Shown here one piece after another: positions 17,876 to 27,923 of a stretch of DNA of 64,000 nt. The stretch's first letter is position 1. Every line of letters starts with the position of its first letter. The DNA is from Cyanobacteriota bacterium (GTDB lineage: Bacteria > Cyanobacteriota > Cyanobacteriia > Cyanobacteriales > Microcoleaceae). The position numbers were made by a program, and so were the translations under genes. A model generated the notes under the pieces. It saw only the letters and a program-made list of their open reading frames with translations. It was not told the origin of the DNA and did no database searches. The DNA is taken from contig JAXHVR010000009.1 of NCBI GenBank assembly GCA_034189005.1, forward strand, positions 11,413-75,412. The letters run 5' to 3'.

Positions 17876-18751
17876 ATGCAAAAACCAACCATTCCCCCAG
17901 GTTACAAAACCCAAGCAGAAGACACCACCCCAGAAGCAGAAATTATCTTATATCAAATGTTGAGAAATCTTCCCCAAGAACGAAGAGTCCAGCAGATGAT
18001 GACCTTAAACAAACAATTGAGGGCGATCTTCTGGGAAAATTTTGGCAAAAAGTATTCTACACTAACCCAGAGGGCTCGCAAACTAGAACTCATTAAGTTA
18101 GAATTGGGCGAAACTTTCTGTCAAATTGACCGACTCGTGGAGAAAGATTTTATGCTAGAAACTCCCATCGAATTAGCAGCAGCGATCGCTAAAATACTCG
18201 AAGAATTAAACATCCCTTATTTTGTAGGAGGAGGACTGGCCAGTTCAATCCTGGGAGAAGTACGAACCACCATCGATGCAGACCTTGCTATCTTACTCGA
18301 AGAAACCGATGCCTCGCAACTTATCGAAAAAATGCAATCGGATTTTTATATCAGCGAAACAGCAGTCGAAGATGCCTTACGCTACCGAACAAATACTTTC
18401 AATGTCATTCACTTAACTTCTGCTTTAAAAGCCGATATTTATCTAATTCGAGGCGACGATAATTTTCGTAAAACTGCCCTGACTCGCAGAACAAAAGTGT
18501 TTCCCACCGACTCCCCTTCTTTATCATTCTACATCTGTTCCGCAGAAGATATCATCCTACAAAAACTAACTTGGTACTGCATTGCCAGAAATAAATCAGA
18601 TAAGCAATGGAGAGATATTTTAGGAGTATTGAAACTTCAAGGATACCGACTAGATTTCGATTACCTCAAGTATTGGTCTGCAGAATTAAAAGTAACAGAA
18701 GAATGCGATCGCGCCCTAACTGAATCAGGTTTAAGCAATCCCAGTTCGTAG
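17876..18751 (+). CDS. hypothetical protein, possible minimal nucleotidyltransferase fold
   Basis: GGGLASSILGEVRTTIDADL resembles the GGxAxxxxGxxRxTxDxD NTase motif. The stop codon TAG lies inside a GTTCGTAGTAATCGC repeat. Confidence 0.5.
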   Translation: MQKPTIPPGYKTQAEDTTPEAEIILYQMLRNLPQERRVQQMMTLNKQLRAIFWENFGKKYSTLTQRARKLELIKLELGETFCQIDRLVEKDFMLETPIELAAAIAKILEELNIPYFVGGGLASSILGEVRTTIDADLAILLEETDASQLIEKMQSDFYISETAVEDALRYRTNTFNVIHLTSALKADIYLIRGDDNFRKTALTRRTKVFPTDSPSLSFYICSAEDIILQKLTWYCIARNKSDKQWRDILGVLKLQGYRLDFDYLKYWSAELKVTEECDRALTESGLSNPSS

Positions 18752-18789
18752 TAATCGCTTCAGCGATTGAAAGCTTAAAAATCAACAAT

Positions 18790-19545
18790 ATGAAAAAACT
18801 AAAAGGACCAGATTTTCTCATAATCGGCACCCAAAAAGGCGGCACAAATTCCTTATATAATTATTTAATACAACATCCCAAAGTTGCCCCGGCATCCGGC
18901 AAAGAAATACATTATTTTGACTTCAACTTCGATAAAGGATTAGACTGGTATCAATCTCAATTTGCCGACGTCGCCCCAGACATAATAACAGGAGAAGGAA
19001 GCCCTTATTATTTATATCATCCATTAGTAGCCCCCAGACTCTACGATTTATATCCCCAAGTAAAGTTAATTGTCTTGCTGAGAAACCCCGTAGAAAGAGC
19101 AATTTCTCATTATTACTGGGAAGTAAAGATAGGATGCGAAAGTTTGAGTTTAGCCGAAGCGATCGCCTCCGAATCAACTCGACTCGCAGGCGAAACCGAA
19201 AAAATCGTACATGAGGGAACCTATTACAGTTTTAACCATCAACATTACAGTTATCTCGCCCGGGGCATTTATGTCGAACAACTGCAAAACTGGATGAAAG
19301 TTTTCCCCAGAGAACAATTTTTAATCCTCAAAAGCGAAGACTTTTTCGACTCTCCGGCAGCTACCATGGGAAAAGTAGAGCAATTTTTAGAATTGCCTTC
19401 CCACAAATTAGATGAATATATCCCCTACAACCAAAATGATTACCCCCCAGTCAGCGACGCCATTTATCGACAATTAACAGAATATTTCCAGCCTTACAAC
19501 CAGAGGTTGTCTCAAGAATTGGGGATCGATCTTTTTGTAAAATAG
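18790..19545 (+). CDS. sulfotransferase family protein
   Basis: 5'-PSB-like IIGTQKGGTNSL and 3'-PB-like LLRNPVERAISHYY motifs. Confidence 0.85.
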   Translation: MKKLKGPDFLIIGTQKGGTNSLYNYLIQHPKVAPASGKEIHYFDFNFDKGLDWYQSQFADVAPDIITGEGSPYYLYHPLVAPRLYDLYPQVKLIVLLRNPVERAISHYYWEVKIGCESLSLAEAIASESTRLAGETEKIVHEGTYYSFNHQHYSYLARGIYVEQLQNWMKVFPREQFLILKSEDFFDSPAATMGKVEQFLELPSHKLDEYIPYNQNDYPPVSDAIYRQLTEYFQPYNQRLSQELGIDLFVK

Positions 19546-19551
19546 GGATAA

Positions 19552-19670
19552 AATCGCTGAAGCGATTACTACGAACATAAAAAGGGGATTGATTTTTTTT
19601 AATAATTACTCTAAAATCGCTGAAGCGATTACTACGAACATAAAAAATCGCTGAAGCGATTACTACGAAC
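19552..19670. repeat. three AATCGCTGAAGCGATTACTACGAAC hairpins
   Basis: Copies at 19552, 19615 and 19646. Confidence 0.9.
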
Positions 19671-19680
19671 TATATTAATT

Positions 19681-20385
19681 ATGAATATTGAATACGAAAA
19701 AGCTTGGGATGAATACATTCACAATTGGCAAAAAAGCGGCGACGATAATCTTGCTTATCCAGGGGACGAATGGATAGGGAAAGCCGCTGGGGCAGCTAAT
19801 TCTTTAGCAGAATATGAAGCCTTAATAGAACAGAAATTTATTGTGCCTTATGTAAAGGCAACAGACACCGTATTAGAAATAGGAATAGGTGGAGGAAAAA
19901 CCGCAGCTTTATTATTAAAACACTGCGCCAAATTAATCTGCGCCGACATCTCCGCAGAAATGTTAAAAGCAACAAGCGATCGCCTGAAAAACAACACAGT
20001 TAGCTACATCAAACTAGACGGCATCGCCTTAGAAGGAATAGCCCCAAAATCCGCCGATATTTGCTTTTGTTACGACACGATGGTACACATAGAACCGCGA
20101 GACATCTTTAACTACCTAACCCAAATTCCTCTCCTATTAAAAGGAGAACGTCTGTGCCTATTTCATCACACCAATATTCTCAGCGACTTAGGCTGGAAAA
20201 AATTCCTCTCCGACTGGGATAAAAACCTTTTAGGGAAAAGACATGGAACAGCATTTTCCGTAATGACAGATAATATTATGGAAAAATTCCTGACAGACCT
20301 AAATTATCAGATAATTCTCAAAGACACCAAAACAGTCCCAAGAGATTGCGTTTGGATATGTCAAGCACCTAAAATCGACATTTAA
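19681..20385 (+). CDS. class I SAM-dependent methyltransferase
   Basis: Motif I VLEIGIGGGKTA and post-I ICADIS; typical size. Confidence 0.7.
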   Translation: MNIEYEKAWDEYIHNWQKSGDDNLAYPGDEWIGKAAGAANSLAEYEALIEQKFIVPYVKATDTVLEIGIGGGKTAALLLKHCAKLICADISAEMLKATSDRLKNNTVSYIKLDGIALEGIAPKSADICFCYDTMVHIEPRDIFNYLTQIPLLLKGERLCLFHHTNILSDLGWKKFLSDWDKNLLGKRHGTAFSVMTDNIMEKFLTDLNYQIILKDTKTVPRDCVWICQAPKIDI

Positions 20386-20432
20386 GAAGAAGGTAATTCC
20401 CCATTACCCATTACCTATTACCCATCCCCCAA

Positions 20433-21695
20433 ATGAAAGCCCTATTCCTCCATCCCAACTTTCCCGCCCAATACCGTCATATTATTACCAGCCTGGGTGC
20501 CAATCCAAACAATCAAGTAGTATTCGGCACAAAAAACGAACGTCCAGAATGGAAAATACCCGGAGTTTATAAAGCACTATTCGCCCCCAGTCGCGACGCC
20601 CGCCCCGAAACTCACCACTACGTCCGGCCCTTAGAAAACGCCGTCATCCACGGACAAGCAGTATTTAGAATGGCCGAACAATTAAAAGCCCAAGGCTTTG
20701 TCCCCGACGTAGTTTGCGGCCACTCCGGTTGGGGACCGACCTTATTTGTTAAAGAAGCCTTTCCCGACGTCCCCCTTCTTTGTTACTTCGAGTGGTTCTA
20801 TCACGCCAAAGGGTCAGATGCCGATTTTGACCCCGCCGAACCCTTAAGCGTAGATGACATGGCCAGGATTAGGGTTAAAAACTCTCCCATATTGCTCGAT
20901 CTCTACACCTGCGACTGGGGCCTGTCTCCGACATTTTGGCAGCGATCGCAATTTCCCCCACAACTCCAAAGCAAACTCTCCGTCCTCCACGACGGCGTAG
21001 ATACCGACTACTTCAAACCCAACCCCGGGGCCAAACTTGTTTTACCCAACATCGATCTCTCTGGAGTAGAAGAACTGGTAACTTATGTATCGAGGGGAAT
21101 GGAACCTTACCGAGGCTTTCCAGAATTCATAGAAGCGATCGCCTACGTCCAAGAAAGAAGGCCCAACTGCCATGTAGCGATCGTCGGTTCCGAACGAGTC
21201 TGCTACGGCAAGGCCCTACCAAACGGCGTCAGCTACAAAGAATATATGCTCAAAAAAATCCCCCTGGACCTATCCCGAGTCCACTTCCTGGGTTCGTTAC
21301 CTTACGCCATGTATTTAAAGGTAATTCAAGCATCCGACGTCCACATTTATTTAACTCGGCCCTTTGTTTTATCTTGGTCGATGATAGAATCTCTCTCAAC
21401 AGGGTGCTTAGTTATCGGTTCCGATACGGCCCCAGTCAGCGAAGTCATCGAGGACGGAGTAAATGGCCTATTAGTCGATTTCTTCTCCCCCAAACAGATA
21501 GCCGATCGCGTTGACGAAGTATTAGACAGTCCGACCAGAATGGCAGAATTGCGCGCCAAAGCGCGGCAAACCGCATTAGAAAGATATGCTCTCTCTGACT
21601 TACTGCCCCAACACCTGAAATTAATAGAACAAGTTGCCAACCGTTCCTTACCGACAACTATAGGCCAAAAACTCCCAAAACATCTCGTTCCCTAA
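20433..21695 (+). CDS. glycosyltransferase, GT4/group 1-like
   Basis: GT-B-like C-terminal part: YVSRGMEPYRGF...VHIYLTRPFVLSWSMIESLSTGCLVIGSDTAPVSEVIEDGVNGLLV. Confidence 0.78.
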   Translation: MKALFLHPNFPAQYRHIITSLGANPNNQVVFGTKNERPEWKIPGVYKALFAPSRDARPETHHYVRPLENAVIHGQAVFRMAEQLKAQGFVPDVVCGHSGWGPTLFVKEAFPDVPLLCYFEWFYHAKGSDADFDPAEPLSVDDMARIRVKNSPILLDLYTCDWGLSPTFWQRSQFPPQLQSKLSVLHDGVDTDYFKPNPGAKLVLPNIDLSGVEELVTYVSRGMEPYRGFPEFIEAIAYVQERRPNCHVAIVGSERVCYGKALPNGVSYKEYMLKKIPLDLSRVHFLGSLPYAMYLKVIQASDVHIYLTRPFVLSWSMIESLSTGCLVIGSDTAPVSEVIEDGVNGLLVDFFSPKQIADRVDEVLDSPTRMAELRAKARQTALERYALSDLLPQHLKLIEQVANRSLPTTIGQKLPKHLVP

Positions 21696-22263
21696 AAGGC
21701 CACAAGGTTCCACGCCCCACGGGGGAACTAGAACTAAATAATCCCGTCCAGAAAGGGTGTTAAGTTTTATTTCAATCCTTATAATGGTTTGAAATTAACC
21801 AAATGCAACTACGGACAAAACTGATTGTCCTTATAGCGATTGGATGGCATAGTTTAGGAAATCTAATATGCAGGTGGAACAATTTATGGTAAAAGACTCG
21901 CTATAATAAGCCATCCCAAAAGCATCGACCGATGTCCAGCAAACTTAAAGGCAAAAAACCTAAGTTTAGACTTAAGCGTTTAAACTAATGCCAGCTACCC
22001 TAAAAGGAAAATCGGGATCTAAAAATAAACAAGGGGCCCTAGCCTGCTCCCAAAGTCCAGCAAAACCAAAAATATCTGGCCAAATTGGGGGCGCGGACAT
22101 AAAAATAGACAGATTTATGATTAAAAGGCTAGACTTATCCCCGATCTACAAGTTAAACTACAGCCGAATCAAAATAGTAAAAGTTGTTATTGGCGGCATT
22201 TGCAGTCACAACAAACAGAAACAGAAAGTTCGATGACCATTTTGTATGAGGAGTGAATAAAGA

Positions 22264-24318
22264 ATGGTAACTCTGACAACAGGCGACGATCGCTTTAACC
22301 AAGACCAAGAAGCCGGCGACGCCATACCACAAGCCGATACGATTAACGCCCTTCCGGGGGACGATTTTATTGAAACTTCTACCCTGGGTGGCAGTTTAGT
22401 ATTGGGCGGGCAAGGTAGGGATACTCTAATCGGTCAAGGCCCAGTAGATACCCTAGCAGGCGGACCCAACGAAGACATCCTGCGATTGACAGGCAATGCT
22501 AATTTTGGGTTTGGCGATAACGTACCAAACCCCAATCAATTACAAGATATAGACAATGCTAACTTTGGTCCGGCAGGCAACGACAGCATAGAAGCGAACG
22601 GGCGTTCGAGCGTTTACGGTGGCGGTGGAGAGGACTTTATCCAAGGTATCTCCGGTTCCAACTGGTTTAGCGGCAACCAAGGTAACGACACTGTAATCGC
22701 AGGACTTCAGGGAAGAGACTCCATTTACGGGGGTAAAGGCAACGACGTTATCGGTGCCCTCCTGACTAGCGGTGGAAGTAATAACCTTGGCATACAAGGA
22801 TTGCAAGCCAGCGGCTCCCAACTACGCTTAGGTGGGCCATCAGGAAACTTCGTCTCTGGTAACTCCGGGACCGACTTCGTAAGAGGCTCCCAAGATCGCG
22901 ACATGATCTACGGTGGTAAAGACAACGACACCTTAGAAGGCGTGGGCACCCAAGTCTATGTCTCCGGCGATCGGGGCAATGATGTCGTATCTGTATTGAA
23001 CCGAGAAGTCGAGGTTGCCTTCACCGACCTACGAGCCGTTCAGGCTAGCGAAAGGTCAACCTTGCTAGGCGGTACCGGCAACGACTCCCTACAAGGCCCC
23101 ATCGGCAACTTTGGCGATGGCAGGAACTCCTTGAGCGGCGGTGTCGGTCGCGATACCATCCGAGGCTGGGCTTCTCGCGATACCTTAGAAGGGGGCGCTG
23201 GGGACGATCTGATTTCTTCAGGTTTACCCGACGATAGCCTCAACGGCTTGGTAAACCAAAACGGCGTACCTCTCAATAGTGGCAACTACTTAGGACAAAA
23301 CCGATTAGATGGCGGCGAAGGTAACGACACCCTGGTAGCCGGATCCCTCAGCGACAGCATGATCGGCGGCGTGGGTAACGACTGTCTCAGCGGTATCTTT
23401 AACCAAGCCAACGGCGGCGTGGGTAACGACACCATAGATGCAACCAGCATTGGTACTGGCGTTGCTATAAGTCAGGTTACCCTAACAGGTGGATCGGGCA
23501 ACGATGTCCTCTTGGGTAACACCAACGCCGGCGTTACCAACTTCTTCGACGACGGTAGCGGCAACGACCTGATCGTCTTTGGTGGGACATCCAACCAGCT
23601 AATCGGTGACGGTGGCGGTAACGACACCGTACGGGCAGCACAAACTAGCACCGATAATCTTTCTATCTCGCTTTTCAATGGCAGCAATACCTTAATCGGT
23701 GCCCTGGGCGACGATAGTTTGATAACTGGTGGCGGCAATGACTCCCTCCGAGGGGAAGGAGGAAACGATACCCTCTTCGCTAGTGGAGGCGATGACATTC
23801 TCTGGGGCGGATCGGGAAGCGACTCCCTCAGCGGCGGCAACGGCAACGACACTCTCTACGGTCAAGGTAGCACTGGCAGCAGTGCGGACGTACTCATCGG
23901 CGGTGCCGGTCAAGACAGTTTTGGTTTCTTTGGCGAGACGAATGCAAATGCCATTACAACCATCCGAGACTTTAACCCCAACGATGATGACATCCTCTTG
24001 AGCGGCGATAGCTATCGCTTTAATTTCACAGCGAGCGATCCCGGCGGTCAGGGTATAACCGCAAGCGACTTACAACAGACCATTATCGTCGCCAATGGCA
24101 ACTACCGTCCAAATCTAGACCCCCGTGGCAATGCTCCAGTATTCATTTACGAGCGAAATCCTGCTGGTGCAGGCGGACAGGCACTTGGAGTAGGCGTGTT
24201 GAAGTACGACTTTAACGGTTCCGAGGGTGATGGCTCTGAGGTGGTTACCATCGCGCGCTTTAGTCCTATAAACGACGTAACCCCGAACTTGTCGTCAAAC
24301 AACCTCATCATTATCTAA
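22264..24318 (+). CDS. secreted Ca-binding GGxGxD-repeat (RTX / oscillin / cyanobacterial HlyA-like) protein
   Basis: GAGGAG RBS. Dozens of GGxG(N/D)DxL-type repeats (GGTGNDSLQG, GGEGNDTLVAG, GGNGNDTLYG). No Cys-rich regions and no N-terminal signal peptide. A strong intrinsic terminator lies downstream. Confidence 0.85.
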   Translation: MVTLTTGDDRFNQDQEAGDAIPQADTINALPGDDFIETSTLGGSLVLGGQGRDTLIGQGPVDTLAGGPNEDILRLTGNANFGFGDNVPNPNQLQDIDNANFGPAGNDSIEANGRSSVYGGGGEDFIQGISGSNWFSGNQGNDTVIAGLQGRDSIYGGKGNDVIGALLTSGGSNNLGIQGLQASGSQLRLGGPSGNFVSGNSGTDFVRGSQDRDMIYGGKDNDTLEGVGTQVYVSGDRGNDVVSVLNREVEVAFTDLRAVQASERSTLLGGTGNDSLQGPIGNFGDGRNSLSGGVGRDTIRGWASRDTLEGGAGDDLISSGLPDDSLNGLVNQNGVPLNSGNYLGQNRLDGGEGNDTLVAGSLSDSMIGGVGNDCLSGIFNQANGGVGNDTIDATSIGTGVAISQVTLTGGSGNDVLLGNTNAGVTNFFDDGSGNDLIVFGGTSNQLIGDGGGNDTVRAAQTSTDNLSISLFNGSNTLIGALGDDSLITGGGNDSLRGEGGNDTLFASGGDDILWGGSGSDSLSGGNGNDTLYGQGSTGSSADVLIGGAGQDSFGFFGETNANAITTIRDFNPNDDDILLSGDSYRFNFTASDPGGQGITASDLQQTIIVANGNYRPNLDPRGNAPVFIYERNPAGAGGQALGVGVLKYDFNGSEGDGSEVVTIARFSPINDVTPNLSSNNLIII

Positions 24319-24400
24319 ACCTACCAAAAATTCTCGTTAGTTCTCATAGAACTAATGAGGTTTTTCTGGATGGTTCCACAGATAAATACTCAAAAATAAA

Positions 24401-24446
24401 CCCCCGCAGATAAGCCCTGAAAAGGTTCCTGCGGGGGTTTATTTTT
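24401..24446 (+). terminator. rho-independent terminator after the RTX-like gene
   Basis: CCCCCGCAG (24401-09) pairs with CTGCGGGGG (24429-37), followed by TTTATTTTT. Confidence 0.8.
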
Positions 24447-24473
24447 ATCGTGTTAATGGATTAAGATATGGGC

Positions 24474-24536
24474 TTGCTTGTAGTAATCGCTTTAGCGATT
24501 GATATCTATGAATCGCTAAAGCGATTACTACAAGCA
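24474..24536. repeat. GTAGTAATCGCTTTAGCGATT double hairpin, central loop GATATCTATG (inverted relative to the copy at 27826)
   Basis: CTTGTAGTAATCGCTTTAGCGATTGATATCTATGAATCGCTAAAGCGATTACTACAAGC. Confidence 0.9.
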
Positions 24537-24576
24537 AGCCTACGAAGTTTACCCACAATTTTAGCCGTTCTGGCGC

Positions 24577-24682
24577 TATAGCAATCCGCGCAGGGATTAT
24601 GAAAAATTAGGGGGCCAGAAACCCGGTTTCTTTGAGAAACCGGGTTTCTAAAATATCGAAGGGCGATCTACGGCTTGCTATA
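24577..24682. mobile_element. ~105-bp MITE-like element, TATAGCAA...TTGCTATA termini, central AGAAACCCGGTTTCT / AGAAACCGGGTTTCT hairpin
   Basis: Full-length copy. The same element is seen at 47779..47882 (inverted) and 59656..59954 (interrupted). Confidence 0.85.
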
Positions 24683-24685
24683 CTA

Positions 24686-24732
24686 CAATTGTTAATTGTT
24701 AATTGTTAATTATTAATTATTAATTATTAATT
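24686..24732. repeat. heptamer array (complement of CAATTAA/TAATAAT) containing the stop of minus-strand CDS 24720..25628
   Basis: Period-7 repeat. Confidence 0.9.
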
Positions 24733-25628
24733 GCTTCCTCTTCCTTTTCCTCAGCCTTGGCTTTATCCTCGGCAAAGGGTATTTGATTGCCAATCAAACT
24801 TAAGAAAGTAGTGCCAAAATGCTGAATTTCCAGAAAACTAGCGTCGCTAGCGGCTGTTTTATAAATTCTAAAGGTTTTCATAATTCCCAAAGTCGCCGCA
24901 CTTTCTAAAGGACCGATAAAGCTCGTATCCCGGTCTAAAAAATAAGGCTTGCTCGCCCATTCGGCCATCTGTTGTGCGTTTAAAAAATAACAGCCGGCAT
25001 GAGGATTGAGAGTGCGCTGGAAAGTAATTGGTTGTTCCATAATTTTGCCGCTTAATTGCGATCGCTCCCTAACATTTTGATAAGCTGCGGTTACTTTCGG
25101 GTTAAGGTCTCCATCAATATAAGCTTTCGGCACCGGCCCCAAAGGAGATATTTCATAACGGTTTGGTTGAAGTAAATTGCCACTCCCCGTATTATGGGTA
25201 AACCAATTTAATTTAACAAAAAACCAAGGGTCGTGTAATACTAAATCGTCTTCTAAATAACAGTAATAATCGTATTTACCGAGGCAAGATTTTAACACTG
25301 CCTGACATTCATAGCCTAAAAGCATCGGTTCGGCATTGGTGTTGTGGTGCATCAAAAAATTAGATGCTACGGGAATTTCTGATAACAAATGGAAGTTTTT
25401 AGTCGTACAAACAATAATATCCACTTCGTGACAGTGGGACTCGTTGGAAGCGATCGCTTCATATTTTCCAATATTAATTGCATATTGGGATTTACCATAC
25501 AAAGCCCGCAAAGCAGTCAAACAAGTAGTAAAAGCTATTCGGCGGGACTGAGGATCTTTGCGCAAAGAACCGTGTTTGCCGTCTCCTTCTGGATTAAAAA
25601 AATGAGCAATTGTAAATAATATTCGCAT
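24720..25628 (-). CDS. hypothetical protein, possible glycosyltransferase (YLEDD motif)
   Basis: ORF trimmed to the MRILFTIAHFF start, 8 nt after the stop of the upstream gene. DxD-like YCYLEDDLV. Ends ...EEAINN* in a heptamer array. Confidence 0.6.
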   Translation of the reverse strand: MRILFTIAHFFNPEGDGKHGSLRKDPQSRRIAFTTCLTALRALYGKSQYAINIGKYEAIASNESHCHEVDIIVCTTKNFHLLSEIPVASNFLMHHNTNAEPMLLGYECQAVLKSCLGKYDYYCYLEDDLVLHDPWFFVKLNWFTHNTGSGNLLQPNRYEISPLGPVPKAYIDGDLNPKVTAAYQNVRERSQLSGKIMEQPITFQRTLNPHAGCYFLNAQQMAEWASKPYFLDRDTSFIGPLESAATLGIMKTFRIYKTAASDASFLEIQHFGTTFLSLIGNQIPFAEDKAKAEEKEEEAINN

Positions 25629-25636
25629 AATTATTA

Positions 25637-27331
25637 TTAATCGGTAAACAACTCTGGGACGCGACTTCGTAACTCTTCGTTTAAACTGGGCAATCGGTCT
25701 CGCATTTCTAAATACCAGTCCCGCCGCTGGCGGTAATGTTGGCAGAGCAAGCGATTTTCCCCGACCCAATTATAAGCATTAACGGCTATTCTACGGCGCA
25801 AATTTGTATTTTCTATCAGTTCTTTTAATTTTGCTTCAAATTCGCCAACCGAACGATAAATTAAACCTGTTTCTCCTTCGACGATCGACCCTTGGTAAAC
25901 GGTGGGGCTTGCTAAAACTGCCGCCCCAGAACCGGCACATTCTACGAATTTTAAATCGGATTTCATTTGATTAACTGGATTGTCGTTGAGGGGTAATAAA
26001 CCTATGTCGCAAGTGTAGAGTATTTCTTTATATTTCTCGTAATTGCAAAAGGGTTCAAACTGTTTGTTCGTGGTATTTAAACTGTCATAAAAGAGGCGAT
26101 CGTGAATAATTTTAAATCTAATTTTTTCTCCATATTCCGACAGCAATTTATTAATAGCTGGCATAATCGGTTCCCAATCTTGCTCCCGGTTTAAAGCACC
26201 AAAAAAGATAGTAATTGTCTCGTTCTTATCGTAATTTCGCGGGGGAGGTAAATAAGCTAAATGATTGGTAAAAACTGCGACGTTAGGATTGTATTGACGC
26301 AAAAAATCCGCTAAAGGTTCCGTGGAAGTTTGAACGCAATGGCAGCCGCGATAGCTTAAATAATTATTATCGGCATATTCCCGACGGCGCAGGGGGTTGT
26401 CGTCTATTTCAGCTACTATTAAATAACCTCGCTGGAGGAGATTTTTAAGTTGTTGGATGTGGGTGGGATAAGTCATAATAGTCCGCTGCCAAATAAAGAC
26501 TTTTTCTTCTGCTGGCAGGGGGGCGCTTAAATCGGCAGATTTGACTGCAGAAATAGTACGAATTCCGGGAATAGTTGCACTGAGGCGATCGGGTTCTAAA
26601 ACTCGGACGCGATCGCAACCTGTGGGTGCCATAATAATAGTTTGAATTAACAACCTTCGGGGTGGCAAAGATGATTTGGTGGCGCGGACGATGTAATATT
26701 CGGCGGCAGTTTGAGTGGCGAAATTTCCCGGGGACAAATGTAAAGTATTAGCCAGAGGTTCTATTAATTGTCGGAATCTTTGAAACTCTTCTCCTTTCTT
26801 TCCTTTAGTTTGAATTTCATATACCTGCAAAAGGGCTTCAGCAAAGAGTGATTTCAGGGAATTTAAAGTAAACCATCGATCGATATTGTCTGGGTTTTCC
26901 CATTCACCTTTAATCAGATTAAGAATTCTGCGCCAATGTTGAACGTTTGGGATAATTGCTAAAATTTGACCGTCATCCTTAAGCCAAGTTTTATGGTATG
27001 TTAAAACAGATAAAGGATTGGATATTTCCGCGAGAGTCGAACCGTAAACCAGACAGTCAACGGTGCCTGGTTCGATATCTAAGAGGTTGGAGTTGTCTTG
27101 CAGGGGGGCGATGTTGCATCCGCAACGCTTCGCGATAGCTACTTTATCCAATTTTTGTTTGGCAAGATTAGCTAATTCTGGATTAGATTCAATACCGATA
27201 TAAAAACAGCGGGGATTAATCAATTTGTAGCGAGCTCCAGTAGCGCCGCTGCCGCAACCAAATTCTATTATTAATTTGGCATCTGCGGGTAGCAATTTGA
27301 GGATATCTTGGTTTATTTGTTCGACTTCCAT
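25637..27331 (-). CDS. bifunctional methyltransferase / glycosyltransferase-like protein
   Basis: N-terminal motif I IIEFGCGSGATG. The C-terminal GT-B-like end reads FVECAGSGAAVLASPTVYQGSIVEGETGLIY. Confidence 0.72.
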   Translation of the reverse strand: MEVEQINQDILKLLPADAKLIIEFGCGSGATGARYKLINPRCFYIGIESNPELANLAKQKLDKVAIAKRCGCNIAPLQDNSNLLDIEPGTVDCLVYGSTLAEISNPLSVLTYHKTWLKDDGQILAIIPNVQHWRRILNLIKGEWENPDNIDRWFTLNSLKSLFAEALLQVYEIQTKGKKGEEFQRFRQLIEPLANTLHLSPGNFATQTAAEYYIVRATKSSLPPRRLLIQTIIMAPTGCDRVRVLEPDRLSATIPGIRTISAVKSADLSAPLPAEEKVFIWQRTIMTYPTHIQQLKNLLQRGYLIVAEIDDNPLRRREYADNNYLSYRGCHCVQTSTEPLADFLRQYNPNVAVFTNHLAYLPPPRNYDKNETITIFFGALNREQDWEPIMPAINKLLSEYGEKIRFKIIHDRLFYDSLNTTNKQFEPFCNYEKYKEILYTCDIGLLPLNDNPVNQMKSDLKFVECAGSGAAVLASPTVYQGSIVEGETGLIYRSVGEFEAKLKELIENTNLRRRIAVNAYNWVGENRLLCQHYRQRRDWYLEMRDRLPSLNEELRSRVPELFTD

Positions 27332-27436
27332 CGGATTAAAGCCCCGGAATTTGAGCAGCTATTATTTTATCATTAATTTGAGCGAACGACAAAGTGCGGG
27401 ATGTAACGAATTAGTTATTGATGGGACAAGCTAGCG

Positions 27437-27525
27437 CTAGTAGTTTGCGTGCAGGGATTATGATAAGATTTGGAGCCAGAAACCCGGTTTAAGAAACCGG
27501 GTTTCTTAAATATCGCAAATGATTA
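27437..27525. mobile_element. diverged TATAGCAA-family element
   Basis: GTTTGCGTGCAGGGATTATGATAAGATTTGGAGCCAGAAACCCGGTTTAAGAAACCGGGTTTCTTAAATATCGCAAATGA. Confidence 0.65.
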
Positions 27526-27547
27526 TTTCTTCTATTCTCATATTAAA

Positions 27548-27805
27548 ATGACTACTCAACAATTACTAGATAAATGGCAAGCTTTAGACATCGACGAACG
27601 AGAACGAGTTTTAGCGTTTATTGACTCTATAGAACGCCAAAAGCAACAGAGCAAATCTACTTCTAGTTTAGGCAAAAAATTAAGAAAAATTCGCCAAGAC
27701 ATCATTAATTCAGGCATTCCTTTATTGACAGCAGAAGAGGTAGAAAGAGAGAAAGCAGAACGCCGTGGTGGTTATTTAGCACCAGTAGTATCGCCACGCA
27801 GCTAA
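27548..27805 (+). CDS. small antitoxin-like hypothetical protein
   Basis: Trimmed to MTTQQLLDKW because the upstream part of the ORF is MITE sequence. The ...EREKAERRGG tail resembles small cyanobacterial antitoxin-like proteins. The last codons run into a 132-bp palindrome. Confidence 0.4.
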   Translation: MTTQQLLDKWQALDIDERERVLAFIDSIERQKQQSKSTSSLGKKLRKIRQDIINSGIPLLTAEEVEREKAERRGGYLAPVVSPRS

Positions 27806-27923
27806 AATTGTGGGTAAAGCAAAAGTTTGTAGTAATCGCTTTAGCGATTCATAGATATCAATCGCTAAAGCGATTACTACAAGCAAGCCTACGAAGTTTA
27901 CCCACAATTTTAGCTGCGTGGCG
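27792..27923. repeat. 132-bp near-perfect palindrome built around the GTAGTAATCGCTTTAGCGATT double hairpin
   Basis: Outer arms are CGCCACGCAGCTAAAATTGTGGGTAAA / TTTACCCACAATTTTAGCTGCGTGGCG. The central loop is CATAGATATC. Confidence 0.9.

Noticed and set aside
20936-21514. 192-aa plus-strand ORF in an alternative frame of the GT4 gene
   Set aside because: The product is Arg/Pro/Ser-rich nonsense. The overlapping frame 20433..21695 has clear glycosyltransferase motifs.
21988-22236. 82-aa Lys-rich ORF upstream of the RTX-like gene
   Set aside because: Low-complexity A-rich leader sequence with no RBS and no motif. It is more likely part of the 5' UTR or promoter region of 22264..24318.
25629-25769. 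N-terminal 47-codon extension of ORF 24720..25769
   Set aside because: The extension overlaps the 3' end of the upstream gene 25637..27331. The MRILFT start 8 nt after that stop gives a typical N-terminus, so the CDS was trimmed to 25628.
27470-27547. N-terminal part of ORF 27470..27805 (MEPETRFKKPGFLNIANDYFF...)
   Set aside because: This stretch is the TATAGCAA-family MITE read in frame. The start was moved to the ATG at 27548.
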